Source of the DNA: Escherichia coli
Lineage (GTDB): Bacteria > Pseudomonadota > Gammaproteobacteria > Enterobacterales > Enterobacteriaceae
NCBI RefSeq assembly: GCF_003018115.1
Contig: NZ_CP027457.1
Length of the DNA: 64,000 nucleotides
Direction: 5' to 3' (one strand)
Part shown: positions 12,862-23,778 of the stretch, piece by piece
Layout: each line of letters begins with the position of its first letter
Numbering within the stretch: the first letter of the stretch is position 1
The notes under the pieces: generated by a model
What the model was told of the DNA's origin: nothing
What the model saw: only the letters and a program-made list of their open reading frames with translations
Databases searched by the model: none
Made by a program: the position numbers and the translations under genes

Positions 12862-14115
12862 CTATTTTTGCGCCGATTCTTTACTGTCAGCTTTCGTTTC
12901 TTGTTCATCGTTATCGCTGAAAATACCATGACCTGAGTTCAACAACATTGAAACGAGCATATCATTATTAATCTCTTCACCATTTAAAACTCGCGCCAGA
13001 ATTTCGCTGCCAAACAGTTGCGGTGAGAGAATGATATCCGGATGTACCATCTTAATCTTATTCAGGTTTTTGCTATCACTGACGGCGAGAACTGTTTTGA
13101 CATCACTGCTCATATCTTTTGCCGAGAGTACAACAAACGCGTTATCTGCATCGTTATCACTCAGCGCCAGAATGGCCCGGCAACGATCGATTCCCGCTTT
13201 CTTTAATACTGAACTGTCATTACTGTCACCGGGGATAACATCAGCGTTATCGCCTAAGCGTTGCTCAAGTTGCTTGATATCATCTTCAGGCAAGTTGCTG
13301 ATAACCGTTACGTTTTGTCCGCGTTGATTCAGTTGCAGGATCGTATTGATGGCGAGAATCGAATGTCCGCAAACAATAAAATGATCTTTACGATGCATTG
13401 TATGATTGTTTCCTTTTACAAGTTTGTTGAATCCCCCGCGGATAAGCGGACCAAAAATTGAGGTCATAGATGTGGCAAAAACGGTAATGCCGGAAATAAT
13501 GACCGAAATAGTGAACAATCGTGCTGATTCAGAAACAGGGACAATATCGCCATAGCCGACGGTTGACATGGTTTCTATCGAAAAATAGAACGCGGTCATC
13601 AAACTTTCTATTCGCGGATTAAAACCTTCGCTTAAATAAAGCGCACCGTAGGTGGAGTAAAACAGTAACGTCGTGAAACTAATAAATGCAAAAATTGTCC
13701 CGGCTGCGGCGCTACTGTGGGAGAAGTCTTTGCGCAGTATCAGCAAAAACACCAGCGTAAAAATGCAAAATCCAATACTAAATTTTAGCCAGGGATAAAA
13801 ATGCAGGGTGTAAATTAGCGCTATCAACAACAAAATGATACTGATTGCCCATGCGAGCTTTGCCCGGAACAGTAAGCCAATGGAGTTCAGGACAAGAAAG
13901 ACGCCGAGCATAAATAGTGGGGCGTTTGCCAGCAAGGAGAGATCCAACTCTGAAAATGCTTTGATATGGAAAATATCAAGCAAATTGACCGACATACCAT
14001 AGATTGTTTTAAAAATAAGCAATCCATTTAAAAAGACGGCCAGCGCGAGAATGTCGTGCCGTAGGGTCACCCATAAATTTGTTGCTGTTTGTTTGAATGT
14101 AGCCCAGTGACTCAC
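12862..14115 (-). CDS. kch: voltage-gated potassium channel Kch
   Basis: Pore motif TVGYGD and a TrkA-N/RCK-type C-terminus; start placed at GTG to give MSHWATFKQ (417 aa). Confidence 0.85.
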   Translation of the reverse strand: MSHWATFKQTATNLWVTLRHDILALAVFLNGLLIFKTIYGMSVNLLDIFHIKAFSELDLSLLANAPLFMLGVFLVLNSIGLLFRAKLAWAISIILLLIALIYTLHFYPWLKFSIGFCIFTLVFLLILRKDFSHSSAAAGTIFAFISFTTLLFYSTYGALYLSEGFNPRIESLMTAFYFSIETMSTVGYGDIVPVSESARLFTISVIISGITVFATSMTSIFGPLIRGGFNKLVKGNNHTMHRKDHFIVCGHSILAINTILQLNQRGQNVTVISNLPEDDIKQLEQRLGDNADVIPGDSNDSSVLKKAGIDRCRAILALSDNDADNAFVVLSAKDMSSDVKTVLAVSDSKNLNKIKMVHPDIILSPQLFGSEILARVLNGEEINNDMLVSMLLNSGHGIFSDNDEQETKADSKESAQK

Positions 14116-14414
14116 TGATACCTCTGTAACCACAATTTTGTTTAATTATCTTAGCGTGCACATTTTCTGAACATACATGCAGCGCGTGAATGTGTTAAAC
14201 AATAGTAGATGACTTTATCCGCAGTAATCAAAGGTTTTGAGCGAGCAACTGTACCTCAGGAAAGGTCATTTTTCCTGAATATGCTCACATCATATAAAGA
14301 AATACAGATAAAGTTATTATCTGCTTGTGGTGGTGAATGCACTGACCGGCTATAAGGAAAGGCCAAACAAGAACACGGTTGCAAAAACCGTGCCCTTAAA
14401 TATTGGATCTCTAT

Positions 14415-14711
14415 TCAGAACACTTTCTTAAATGGTTTCACTGAAACGTGTTCATAGACACCTGCCGCTACGTACGGGTCAGCATCGGCCCAGGCCTGAG
14501 CTGCTTCCAGCGATTCAAATTCAGCAATAACGGTTGAGCCAGTAAATCCCGCAGCCCCTGGATCGTTACTGTCTACCGCTGGCATTGGACCAGCTGTCAA
14601 CAAACGACCTTCATCATGCAGTAACTGTAAACGTGCTAAATGTGCCGGACGAACGGAAAGGCGTTTTTCGAGGCTATCAGCTTTGTCTTGAGCGTAAATA
14701 ACATACAACAC
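14415..14711 (-). CDS. yciI: YciI-like protein
   Basis: 98-aa product from a GTG start ([18 protein letters not shown]...); conserved position next to tonB. Confidence 0.85.
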
Positions 14712-14934
14712 GGGCACAACTCCTTGTTCGGGAAAGTTGTAAAGTACGTTATTTGAAAGGGCGAAGATCTGCAACGGAAAGATGATGTCTTTGTTAAGAC
14801 CATGCATAAAGTAAGGTTAATTACGCCAAAAATGACATTTTCACTGATCCTGATCGTCTTGCCTTATTGAATATGATTGCTATTTGCATTTAAAATCGAG
14901 ACCTGGTTTTTCTACTGAAATGATTATGACTTCA

Positions 14935-15654
14935 ATGACCCTTGATTTACCTCGCCGCTTCCCCTGGCCGACGTTACTTTCGGTCTGCATTCATGGTGCT
15001 GTTGTGGCGGGTCTGCTCTATACCTCGGTACATCAGGTTATTGAACTACCTGCGCCTGCGCAGCCAATTTCTGTCACGATGGTTGCGCCTGCTGATCTCG
15101 AACCGCCACAAGCCGTTCAGCCGCCACCGGAGCCGGTGGTAGAGCCAGAACCGGAACCTGAGCCGATCCCCGAACCGCCAAAAGAAGCACCGGTGGTCAT
15201 TGAAAAGCCGAAGCCGAAACCTAAGCCAAAACCGAAGCCGGTGAAAAAGGTACAGGAGCAGCCAAAACGCGATGTCAAACCCGTAGAGTCGCGTCCGGCA
15301 TCACCGTTTGAAAATACGGCACCGGCACGCCCGACATCAAGTACAGCAACGGCTGCAACCAGCAAGCCGGTTACCAGTGTGGCTTCAGGACCACGCGCAT
15401 TAAGCCGTAATCAGCCGCAGTATCCGGCACGAGCACAGGCATTGCGCATTGAAGGGCAGGTTAAAGTTAAATTTGATGTCACGCCGGATGGTCGCGTGGA
15501 TAACGTACAAATCCTCTCAGCCAAGCCTGCGAACATGTTTGAGCGTGAGGTGAAAAATGCGATGCGCAGATGGCGTTATGAGCCGGGTAAGCCAGGCAGT
15601 GGGATTGTGGTGAACATCCTGTTTAAAATTAACGGCACCACCGAAATTCAGTAA
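14935..15654 (+). CDS. tonB: energy transducer TonB
   Basis: [17 protein letters not shown]-terminus, Pro-rich EP/KP spacer, C-terminal domain with QYPARAQ...VKVKFDV...AMRRWRYEP. Confidence 0.96.
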   Translation: MTLDLPRRFPWPTLLSVCIHGAVVAGLLYTSVHQVIELPAPAQPISVTMVAPADLEPPQAVQPPPEPVVEPEPEPEPIPEPPKEAPVVIEKPKPKPKPKPKPVKKVQEQPKRDVKPVESRPASPFENTAPARPTSSTATAATSKPVTSVASGPRALSRNQPQYPARAQALRIEGQVKVKFDVTPDGRVDNVQILSAKPANMFEREVKNAMRRWRYEPGKPGSGIVVNILFKINGTTEIQ

Positions 15655-15664
15655 GCATAAAGTC

Positions 15665-15690
15665 AAAAGCCTCCGACCGGAGGCTTTTGA
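15665..15690. terminator. bidirectional intrinsic terminator between tonB and yciA
   Basis: Palindrome aaaagcctccg-acc-ggaggctttt with A/T runs on both sides. Confidence 0.6.
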
Positions 15691-15693
15691 TTA

Positions 15694-16092
15694 TTACTCA
15701 ACAGGTAAGGCGCGAGGTTTTCCTTCAGGATCAACCGCGACATACTTAAATAATGCTTCTGTCGCTTTATAGCGTTGCCCGATTGGTTCAGACGCTACTT
15801 TTTTCACCCACACCTCAATATTAATGCTGACCGATGTCGTCCCTTTCTGGACACAGCGTGCATAGCAGCACACCACATCGCCGACCGCAACCGGCCGTAA
15901 GAAAGTCATTCCTTCAACCCGCACAGTCACTACGCGACCGTGGGCAATTTCTTTTGCCAGAATAGCGCCGCCAATATCCATTTGTGACATTAACCAACCA
16001 CCAAAGATGTCACCATTGGCATTGGTATCGGCGGGCATGGCTAAAGTACGTAAAACAAGATCGCCCTGAGGGACGTTATGTGTTGTAGACAT
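15694..16092 (-). CDS. yciA: acyl-CoA thioesterase (hotdog fold)
   Basis: 132-aa ORF, conserved position. Confidence 0.9.
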   Translation of the reverse strand: MSTTHNVPQGDLVLRTLAMPADTNANGDIFGGWLMSQMDIGGAILAKEIAHGRVVTVRVEGMTFLRPVAVGDVVCCYARCVQKGTTSVSINIEVWVKKVASEPIGQRYKATEALFKYVAVDPEGKPRALPVE

Positions 16093-16196
16093 GGTAAAAC
16101 CGACTTAAAAGGAAAATCACAGGCGCGATGCTACTATGATTTTCCTGAGGAGAACAGAGGAGATACAGCGCCAGCCCCGAAGGACTGGCAGTCTGG

Positions 16197-16736
16197 TTAG
16201 GATTTATCTTCCTGCGGCATGTGGCGGTAGATATAGATACCGCTTAACAATGTGAAGATTAAGGTAAGGGCGGTCAGGCCAAAGACTTTAAAGTTGACCC
16301 AAATATTTTGCGGCAGCCAGAATGCGATGTAGATGTTTGCCAGACCGCAAAGGATAAAGAAAACAGCCCAGGCCAGATTCAGCTTCGACCATACCGGTTG
16401 CGGCAGCGTGAGTTCTTTACCCAGCATCCGCTGAATTAGCGGCTTTTTCATCACCCATTGGCTGACTAACAGGGCTCCCGCAAACAGAGCATAAATGACT
16501 GTAACCTTCCATTTAATAAACTCATCATTGTGGAAGAACAGCGTCAAGCCACCGAAGACGACCACCAGAACAAAAGTGATCAGGGCCATCTTCTCAACCT
16601 TACGAAAGCGAACCCAGCTATAGATAAGCACAATCGCCGTGGCGACGATCAGCGCCGCAGTAGCCGCATAGATATCATAAATCTTGTAAAACGCGAAAAA
16701 GACAACCAGCGGTAAAAAATCAAGAAACTGCTTCAT
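16197..16736 (-). CDS. yciB: inner membrane protein YciB (intracellular septation protein A family)
   Basis: 179-aa polytopic membrane protein. Confidence 0.9.
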   Translation of the reverse strand: MKQFLDFLPLVVFFAFYKIYDIYAATAALIVATAIVLIYSWVRFRKVEKMALITFVLVVVFGGLTLFFHNDEFIKWKVTVIYALFAGALLVSQWVMKKPLIQRMLGKELTLPQPVWSKLNLAWAVFFILCGLANIYIAFWLPQNIWVNFKVFGLTALTLIFTLLSGIYIYRHMPQEDKS

Positions 16737-16765
16737 TTTACGATTCCGTAATCAAATGCTTAAGG

Positions 16766-17509
16766 TTATTGGCGAATCAACATATACAGACGGAACAGAT
16801 AGATGAGCAATACGGCTGAAATCAGGTTGCTCAAGGTGTTCGCCAGTACGGCACCAATTTCCGGGGTTAATGCGGCAAAAGAAGAGGCAAAAAGCAGCAA
16901 CAGTGTTTTTGCCAGCAACCAGCTCAGTACTGCGGGTGCCACCAGACGCATATTCGCCCAAGTCAGCCGCATACTGCTACGCATCGAGGCAAAAATGCCC
17001 ATTTTGTCCTGTACCAACATCACCGGTGCCAGGGCCAGTAAAATGGCCATGATAATTCCCGGAACGACCACTAGCATGATGCCAATCTGTACTAAAAGGG
17101 TAGTCAGAAAAATCAGAATAAATAACTTGGGCAATATCGGCGCACTGGCACCAATAGCTCGCAGCGCACTGACTCTCTGACCCGCAGACACCAGCTGGAT
17201 AATTAATATTACGCCTCCGGCGAGAATGGCGTTACCGATTAATCCTGAAAAAGTGGACGCCGCTGAAGCCTGCAGCAAAATTTGTTGCTGTTCCGGTGAC
17301 ATATTCTGAACCAGGTCGAACAACCCACTACTGCCGCTAACGGGAACGCCGTCATTGAGCTGCGCAAGCTGTGCATCACTGGGTGAGAAAACATGCCCTA
17401 ACACCACTGTGATAAACGCACATAGCAACGATACCAACAGAATGGTCATAAATTGATTACGGAAGAAATTTCCGGTGTCACGGTATACGGACTGCGCCGT
17501 GATAGACAT
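16766..17509 (-). CDS. yciC: UPF0259 inner membrane protein YciC
   Basis: 247-aa polytopic membrane protein. Confidence 0.9.
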   Translation of the reverse strand: MSITAQSVYRDTGNFFRNQFMTILLVSLLCAFITVVLGHVFSPSDAQLAQLNDGVPVSGSSGLFDLVQNMSPEQQQILLQASAASTFSGLIGNAILAGGVILIIQLVSAGQRVSALRAIGASAPILPKLFILIFLTTLLVQIGIMLVVVPGIIMAILLALAPVMLVQDKMGIFASMRSSMRLTWANMRLVAPAVLSWLLAKTLLLLFASSFAALTPEIGAVLANTLSNLISAVLLIYLFRLYMLIRQ

Positions 17510-17865
17510 GCACTCTCCTTGAGTTTTATGCAGGTGTTAATTAGCGGGCAATTGTACCCTGGTTAAGCCTCGGGTGGCAGCATCAGGTCTTGTATGGAAA
17601 AGCATATCTTTGTAAAGCGGAGGTAATTGCTGGCCTTCAGGCGTGGGCAAACCGCGGCAAGTGGCGATCGAGTTAATATTTGCGTAGCGAAAATATTTAA
17701 AAATTGATTTAAATCACGTTAACCAGGATTCTCAATGCAACTTCTAAATTAATCCAGATCAATAAAGGGTGAATTATCATATGTAATGTGATCTATGTAG
17801 GATCATTTGTTACTCCAATGTAGGTATATTCGTCACGTTTTTATAACCATAACGACGGAGCGGAT

Positions 17866-18519
17866 ATGAAAAAGTTAACAGTGGCGGCTTTGGCAGTAAC
17901 AACTCTTCTCTCTGGCAGTGCCTATGCGCATGAAGCAGGCGAATTTTTTATGCGTGCAGGTTCTGCAACCGTACGTCCAACAGAAGGTGCTGGTGGTACG
18001 TTAGGAAGTCTGGGTGGATTCAGCGTGACCAATAACACTCAACTGGGCCTGACGTTTACTTATATGGCGACCGACAACATTGGTGTGGAATTACTGGCAG
18101 CGACGCCGTTCCGCCATAAAATCGGCACCCGGGCGACCGGCGATATTGCAACCGTTCATCATCTGCCGCCAACACTGATGGCGCAGTGGTATTTTGGTGA
18201 TGCCAGCAGCAAATTCCGTCCTTATGTTGGGGCAGGTATTAACTACACCACCTTCTTTGATAATGGATTTAACGATCATGGCAAAGAGGCGGGGCTTTCC
18301 GATCTCAGTCTGAAAGATTCCTGGGGAGCTGCCGGGCAGGTGGGGGTTGATTATCTGATTAACCGTGACTGGTTGGTTAACATGTCAGTGTGGTACATGG
18401 ATATCGATACCACGGCTAAGTATAAATCTGATGGTCGTAAACTGGCTAAAGGCAGTTATAGCGACAATGTACGCCTTGATCCGTGGGTGTTTATGTTCTC
18501 TGCAGGGTACCGTTTTTAA
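17866..18519 (+). CDS. ompW: outer membrane protein W
   Basis: Signal peptide MKKLTVAALAVTTLLSGSAYA, beta-barrel ending in the aromatic motif SAGYRF. Confidence 0.93.
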   Translation: MKKLTVAALAVTTLLSGSAYAHEAGEFFMRAGSATVRPTEGAGGTLGSLGGFSVTNNTQLGLTFTYMATDNIGVELLAATPFRHKIGTRATGDIATVHHLPPTLMAQWYFGDASSKFRPYVGAGINYTTFFDNGFNDHGKEAGLSDLSLKDSWGAAGQVGVDYLINRDWLVNMSVWYMDIDTTAKYKSDGRKLAKGSYSDNVRLDPWVFMFSAGYRF

Positions 18520-18557
18520 TTTGCTCTGCAAAACCTCTGCAAAACTCTTCTGCAAAA

Positions 18558-18582
18558 CTGGTCATCAAATGACCAGTTTTTT
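18558..18582 (+). terminator. ompW intrinsic terminator, overlapping the 3' end of the prophage int gene
   Basis: Hairpin ctggtcatcaaatgaccag followed by a T6 run; the last int codons are encoded inside this hairpin. Confidence 0.55.
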
Positions 18583-19695
18583 CCATTCCTTACCGCGTGC
18601 GTCGTTGTAAATATCGGTCATTTTTTGATTCGAATGGCCCAGCAAAATTTTGGTATCAATTCCCTGTTCTCTGAACAATCGTTCTGATAAAGATCTCTGC
18701 TCATGGAAAGAGGGTGGGGTGCCATTAGCACGCCAGTTGTAATCCACAGAATCCCGGGCTTTTTTAAATGCAACGGTTAACGTTGCTGGCTTAACCATCC
18801 CGCCGCGCTTAGCTGTCCCTTTAGCATGATGGTGGTGCAATAGCCACGGACTAAGAACGCAATCGCGACAGGATGACACCACATCATCCAGGGTGAGATT
18901 TAATTTATCGCAACGCAGAGCCAGAGGGATGGCAATCCGGGTTCCTGTTTTTTGCTGTTCGACATGAAGATAACCATCCCTGATATCCGAAAATTTCATT
19001 TTGCAAATATCTGAAAGGCGCTGGCCTGTCATCAGTGCCAGCAGCATACCACGCTGTAAAAAGTAACCATCCTTTTCCGCTGCATTATAAATCATCATCC
19101 ACTCATCAAAGGTCAGTCGTTGCCGTGATATCCGTACCTGTGGTTTTTTTGCCGATTCTGCAGGGTTAAAGCCTGGCGGGACATCGCCCGTTTGCTGGGC
19201 CTCCCGGAAAACATCAATCAGTACTTTCCTGAAAATTTGTCCCATTCTGTTATGTCCTTTTGCCTTGTAATCTTCCAGCACCGATACCACATCTTTTACG
19301 GTTATGGCATCTAAAGGTCTGGTACCAAAACGTTCATCAAATACCCTGAGAGGGGATGCTTTCTGTTTCAGTGTGTTGAGTTTGATCTCTCCGTTTTCAT
19401 ATCTTTCCTGTTGAATTTTTCGGTAACTATTCAGAAAAACCGAAACGGTTGATGAACCACCGGTATCACGAATAATTTTCTCCTGCAGAGTGAGCATTTG
19501 TTCCATTTGTTGCCTGGCAAGACGGCTGTTCGCTTCTGCTGCAATAGCTTCTGCCTGTTTCTGGTCAATACTGCCGAGCCCGTGATTTTTTCCTGTTATG
19601 GGATGCCTGTAACGCCAGTAAACTTTGTTATTTCTTTTGTCAAAATACGGAGATAATCCCGGAACTTCAGTTTTATATTTTCGTGGGCGCGCCAT
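18565..19695 (-). CDS. int: phage integrase, tyrosine recombinase
   Basis: 376 aa; C-terminal catalytic region with HHHHAKG...LLGHSNQKMTDIYND (His/Arg/Tyr signature). Confidence 0.93.
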   Translation of the reverse strand: MARPRKYKTEVPGLSPYFDKRNNKVYWRYRHPITGKNHGLGSIDQKQAEAIAAEANSRLARQQMEQMLTLQEKIIRDTGGSSTVSVFLNSYRKIQQERYENGEIKLNTLKQKASPLRVFDERFGTRPLDAITVKDVVSVLEDYKAKGHNRMGQIFRKVLIDVFREAQQTGDVPPGFNPAESAKKPQVRISRQRLTFDEWMMIYNAAEKDGYFLQRGMLLALMTGQRLSDICKMKFSDIRDGYLHVEQQKTGTRIAIPLALRCDKLNLTLDDVVSSCRDCVLSPWLLHHHHAKGTAKRGGMVKPATLTVAFKKARDSVDYNWRANGTPPSFHEQRSLSERLFREQGIDTKILLGHSNQKMTDIYNDARGKEWKKLVI

Positions 19696-19921
19696 CTTCC
19701 AGTATCCTCTTCAAAGCAGGGTGATCTGTGGCGATCACTTCCGGCTTGTTTACCATTCCGACAAAGCGAGCTCGAGGATCCACTCGCCAGTGTCTTCCAA
19801 CTTTTTTGGGGAGAGGAAATATCATTCCGGCTTTAGCGTATTTACTTAACGTGCCCGGAGTCGGGACCGGGTCACTGAATTCCTCTTTTGCCCACTCAGT
19901 GAGAAGAATAAGTCTTGCCAT
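19673..19921 (-). CDS. xis: excisionase-like protein
   Basis: 82-aa basic protein directly upstream of int, overlapping it by 23 nt. Confidence 0.7.
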   Translation of the reverse strand: MARLILLTEWAKEEFSDPVPTPGTLSKYAKAGMIFPLPKKVGRHWRVDPRARFVGMVNKPEVIATDHPALKRILEDGAPTKI

Positions 19922-19985
19922 GAGAGTTGTTCGCTAATCATGGTCGCCGCCACTATAGCTTGCGGGCGACGACCGGGGTTGAACA

Positions 19986-22457
19986 TTAAAAATCAGCCTG
20001 ACTCGGGATCAGTTTTTGCCAGATGGCTGAAACGTATTTTGCCTGGTAACGCGCATCGTGCAGCGCGTTATGGCGTTCACCTTCGAATGGAATAGTCGTT
20101 CTTGCGTCGAAATCCATCACCAGTCCCAGAGCAACCATCGTTCTTACATCGCGATCATTGGTGTAACGCCACGGGCAGGGGATCCCCTGCCGTTCATATG
20201 AACGGCGTAAAATCACGTTGTCGAAAGTTGCACCGTTACCCCAGACCTGAACAAAAAATTCACCGGAGTTTTCGTCGATAAATTCCCGGAATTGCAGCAG
20301 TGCATCATCCAACGGGATTTCATCGGTCAGAATGGCGGATTGTGCTTCGCGTGACTGTTTCAGCCACCACTTAATGGTGCCCCGATCGATGACCCCGCCT
20401 GCGGTTTCCAGATCGATAGTTTTGCTGAATTCTGGCCCCATCTCTCCGGTTGCCGGATCAAAAAACTTACCGGCTATAGCGTTTATTGGCGCATCAGGAT
20501 TTTTTCCCATTGTTTCAAGGTCAATCATCAGATGGTGCCACAACCTGCTGGTGGATGTGATTTCATGATGACCGTTCACTTTAATTAAGGGATTTGCTGT
20601 CTCGCCAGTTTTATTATCGCTGGCGTGATACTGATCGCTGATAGTGTTCTCCTTGTGCAGATGTTCAGTGCCTTCCATTTCCTCCGGATCATTTTCCTGA
20701 GCTTCAGCCTGATTCTCTTCATCGAATGTTTCCTGGTAGGTTGCGTTCCCCATCACCGCACCACAGTCAGGACAGTTGCCGCCACCGGTCTGACCGCATG
20801 CGGTGCAAACTTTTTCCGGTTCTTGTTGCACTTCTGGTTCAGGCAGTTTCGTTTCTGGCTCGTTTTGTAACGCATTTGGACTGTTTTGTTCCGCTTTCTG
20901 GTCGTTTTGTTCCGATTCGGGCTGGTTCTGGTTCACAGAATCGCGGGTTTCAATCCCCTTAACCCATTTCGGATCATTCGGGTCGCTAATCCCTTCAACA
21001 AATTCACCACGTGATGCAGCAAGCAATTTATCGGTGTCAGGCTGGCTGATATTGGCTGCCTGCATAATTTTGTTTACTTCGTCAGCGGTAACTTTTACCG
21101 GCTCTGGTTGTTCTGAATCTTCTGCGGTATCTGTATTTTGCTGTAAGCCCGTATATGTGCCATTTTTTCGGGCAAAATATTCTTCTTTTGAGATTTCGGT
21201 ACCACCGGCAGCCAGCGCCTTGTCCAGGCCAGAAAGTTTGTTTGCCCTGCCGTATTTTTCCCCGTCCTTATCGGTAAAGACGAAATAAAACGGTCCTTCA
21301 CGCTCTACAGATGGTTCAGCTTCCACCAGGATTTCATTTTTTTGAGAATTGGATTCCGCCGTCTCCACTGGATCAGTTTGTGCTGCTGACGACAGGATAG
21401 CATCAGCAGAGCTCTGGTCTGTTTCTTCATGTTCAAACACGCCCTTTGTCGTCAGGTATTCGCTGATGTATTTGTTCAGTGCAACGGGATCTTTGTGAAT
21501 GTCGATCGGGCGCTCACGAACAAGGCCAAAAATAGTCTGACGGTCATAGCGAAGCGCATCAGGCTGTTTGCGCATTGATGCAGAGATACGCTTCCAGTCT
21601 TCGCGATCCTTGTCGATAACCTCATTTTTAGCCCAGCGATGGATGGTACCGTCAATGTTTCCGGCATCAATATCACCAGGCCAGAGAGCGTAAGCCAGCT
21701 CTTCATCCAGGGTTTTCCATGTCTGCTTGTATTCGCGACGAATGGCAGTAGTGACAGGGTTGATTTTTGCTGCTGAGTTTTCAGTGTGCTGTTGGTTGAC
21801 TCTGGCGCGGGCCAGCTCAACAACAGAAGTATGTTTCCCGGTTTCTTTTCGTTCTGCTTCGCGACGTTTTTTCCAGGTGCGCATCTCTGCCTGAATTTCT
21901 GGCCATTTGGCACCAGGCTTACATTTATGCTTAACCCACCCGATGGCATACAGCTTAAGCTCCGGATACATGGCGTTAACTTCTGGCATTTTCATCAAAG
22001 CTTCCACGATATGTCCGTCGAAGGTTGCCATGTCTTCCTGCAACAATTCCTGTGCGCTAATCACCATATCAACGGTGATGTTTTCACATGTATCGAACTT
22101 AACCATGACAGCGTTCTGTACTTCAGGGGCCAGCTTGTCAAAAGTGACGTTCATCGGATCTGATTCAGGTTCGACCGGGACAAAGGAAGCAGACGCCTCA
22201 TCCCAGCGGTTTTCCAGCATATATTCAGCATCCCAGGAGTCGAGGGCTGGGCGGGGTGTACCGGGTTTATCCTCACAGACAAGAAATTTATAAGCGCAGT
22301 CCTGAGCAGCCGGATAATGTTCAAGGAATTGCCAGTGAAATTTTGCGCGGGCGCGACGTTCATCACCGGCTTCAATGGCTGTGGCCACAGCAACAGCGCC
22401 CTCGTTTTTTATTGCCTGTTCGTCAGGAATGGCGGCGCAAATAAATATTTTACTCAT
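19986..22457 (-). CDS. phage exonuclease family protein (often annotated exodeoxyribonuclease VIII) with C-terminal DnaQ-like DEDDh 3'-5' exonuclease domain
   Basis: 823 aa; C-terminal motifs MIDLETMG (Exo I), FDNVIL (Exo II), HNALHDARYQAKY (Exo III); internal CxxC...CxxC zinc ribbon; acidic Q/E-rich linker. Confidence 0.8.
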   Translation of the reverse strand: MSKIFICAAIPDEQAIKNEGAVAVATAIEAGDERRARAKFHWQFLEHYPAAQDCAYKFLVCEDKPGTPRPALDSWDAEYMLENRWDEASASFVPVEPESDPMNVTFDKLAPEVQNAVMVKFDTCENITVDMVISAQELLQEDMATFDGHIVEALMKMPEVNAMYPELKLYAIGWVKHKCKPGAKWPEIQAEMRTWKKRREAERKETGKHTSVVELARARVNQQHTENSAAKINPVTTAIRREYKQTWKTLDEELAYALWPGDIDAGNIDGTIHRWAKNEVIDKDREDWKRISASMRKQPDALRYDRQTIFGLVRERPIDIHKDPVALNKYISEYLTTKGVFEHEETDQSSADAILSSAAQTDPVETAESNSQKNEILVEAEPSVEREGPFYFVFTDKDGEKYGRANKLSGLDKALAAGGTEISKEEYFARKNGTYTGLQQNTDTAEDSEQPEPVKVTADEVNKIMQAANISQPDTDKLLAASRGEFVEGISDPNDPKWVKGIETRDSVNQNQPESEQNDQKAEQNSPNALQNEPETKLPEPEVQQEPEKVCTACGQTGGGNCPDCGAVMGNATYQETFDEENQAEAQENDPEEMEGTEHLHKENTISDQYHASDNKTGETANPLIKVNGHHEITSTSRLWHHLMIDLETMGKNPDAPINAIAGKFFDPATGEMGPEFSKTIDLETAGGVIDRGTIKWWLKQSREAQSAILTDEIPLDDALLQFREFIDENSGEFFVQVWGNGATFDNVILRRSYERQGIPCPWRYTNDRDVRTMVALGLVMDFDARTTIPFEGERHNALHDARYQAKYVSAIWQKLIPSQADF

Positions 22458-22552
22458 TGTGTTTAAACCTCATTACAGATTTCAGGGTGAACGAATCCCT
22501 GCCATTGCTGGCATTTTTAATCCGTTGGTATGGCGTTAATATGGCTGGCGGG

Positions 22553-22741
22553 TTATCCAGCCGGTATTTCGTTATTCAGGTACAGCGATACTTTGTTTAA
22601 CGGGAGACATTCACCGGAAATTTTTTGCTCGTCTCTTGCCTGATGGCAGGATTCTTTACTGGCATAAATTCCGGTAATCACTTTCTGTGGCTCACCTGTT
22701 ATCAGAAAAACCGTCATCATCAGTGTAAACGCTGAACTCAC
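22553..22741 (-). CDS. hypothetical small phage protein (early-left operon)
   Basis: 62-aa ORF with a hydrophobic N-terminus; position equivalent to kil/sieB-type genes; no family recognised. Confidence 0.35.
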   Translation of the reverse strand: MSSAFTLMMTVFLITGEPQKVITGIYASKESCHQARDEQKISGECLPLNKVSLYLNNEIPAG

Positions 22742-22926
22742 TGCTGCCCTCCGAAAATGCCAAGTTCAAGAAGGGCAATTCTGGAGAGTATGGAATTATC
22801 ATTGAGAAGATAAGGCTCATATTTTCTCATCCTGATGGCGTCCTCAGTAAACTCCCGGTTACTGAGCAGAATACCAATATTAAAACACCCTTCAGACGTA
22901 TTAACGTTTGGTAGTGACGTTTCCAT
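22738..22926 (-). CDS. hypothetical small phage protein (early-left operon)
   Basis: 62-aa ORF, 4-nt overlap with the downstream ORF. Confidence 0.35.
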   Translation of the reverse strand: METSLPNVNTSEGCFNIGILLSNREFTEDAIRMRKYEPYLLNDNSILSRIALLELGIFGGQQ

Positions 22927-23475
22927 TATCGCGTCCTCAACAATGAATTTTGTGATGTGGTGCCTGGTGCCTCCAGGTGACGTTAACCAGTTAACAATTA
23001 ACGCCGGATTGTTAGTTGATGTCTGTTACGCCAGTAAAAGACCGCTTGTTTTAACTGTTCCGCGTGCGCTTAGCCGCATTCACCGCATCACAAAATACAC
23101 TTTAAAAATGGCGGATATCCATTTCCGCCGAATCACCAGAAAAGTGATAACAGAGGTTGTTGTGGCGGTGTTGTCACTCAGGCGCATGGTCAACCTGACA
23201 ACCCGGTGCATTTTCTGGAGCAATGGAGGAAGCCCCAGCCATACTTACCGCCGCGCCATTTCGCGGATTGCCACAACCGGAAGCGCACGATCGAATTAAA
23301 TTTAACGACAAGCCTTATATTCTCGCCGTGCGCTTTCGTGTTATGCCCTGACTTTTCAGGGATATGTTCTTTCAGCAAACTGTCAGTGCCGGATTCTTAT
23401 CCGTGTCCGGCGCACGACCACACGTGACAGCGTGTTGGTCTCCATTTTTAACCCAGAACCTCTATGGAGGATAAA

Positions 23476-23778
23476 ATGCACTCTAAATCAAATCGATATT
23501 ATGTTCATGTGCAGTTATTTGAAGCAACAATGGAACAGGAGAAAAAGTTCGAGACTCTGATGCCAAATTTTAAATACTCCAGGATGATTAATGAAGGTGA
23601 CGTTGAATATAAATTGTTGCCAGGGGCATACGTTATTCAGTCAACGCTCAATTCGAATCAAATACTTGAACAAACCTTTTCTGTTGCTAATTCAGTTGGT
23701 GTTAATGCTCACATTTTTGTTTGCCCTTATGATGAAAGTGCAACCCTTTTGCCTTGTGCTGATTTTGGCACTTACTAA
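23476..23778 (+). CDS. hypothetical protein, AT-rich, opposite strand to the early-left operon
   Basis: Strong Shine-Dalgarno GGAGGA 4 nt upstream of the ATG; 100 aa; no family recognised. Confidence 0.45.
   Translation: MHSKSNRYYVHVQLFEATMEQEKKFETLMPNFKYSRMINEGDVEYKLLPGAYVIQSTLNSNQILEQTFSVANSVGVNAHIFVCPYDESATLLPCADFGTY

Noticed and set aside
15117-15365. 82-aa minus-strand Gly-rich ORF
   Set aside because: Antisense of the tonB Pro-rich (EP/KP) repeat region; artefact of repeat composition.
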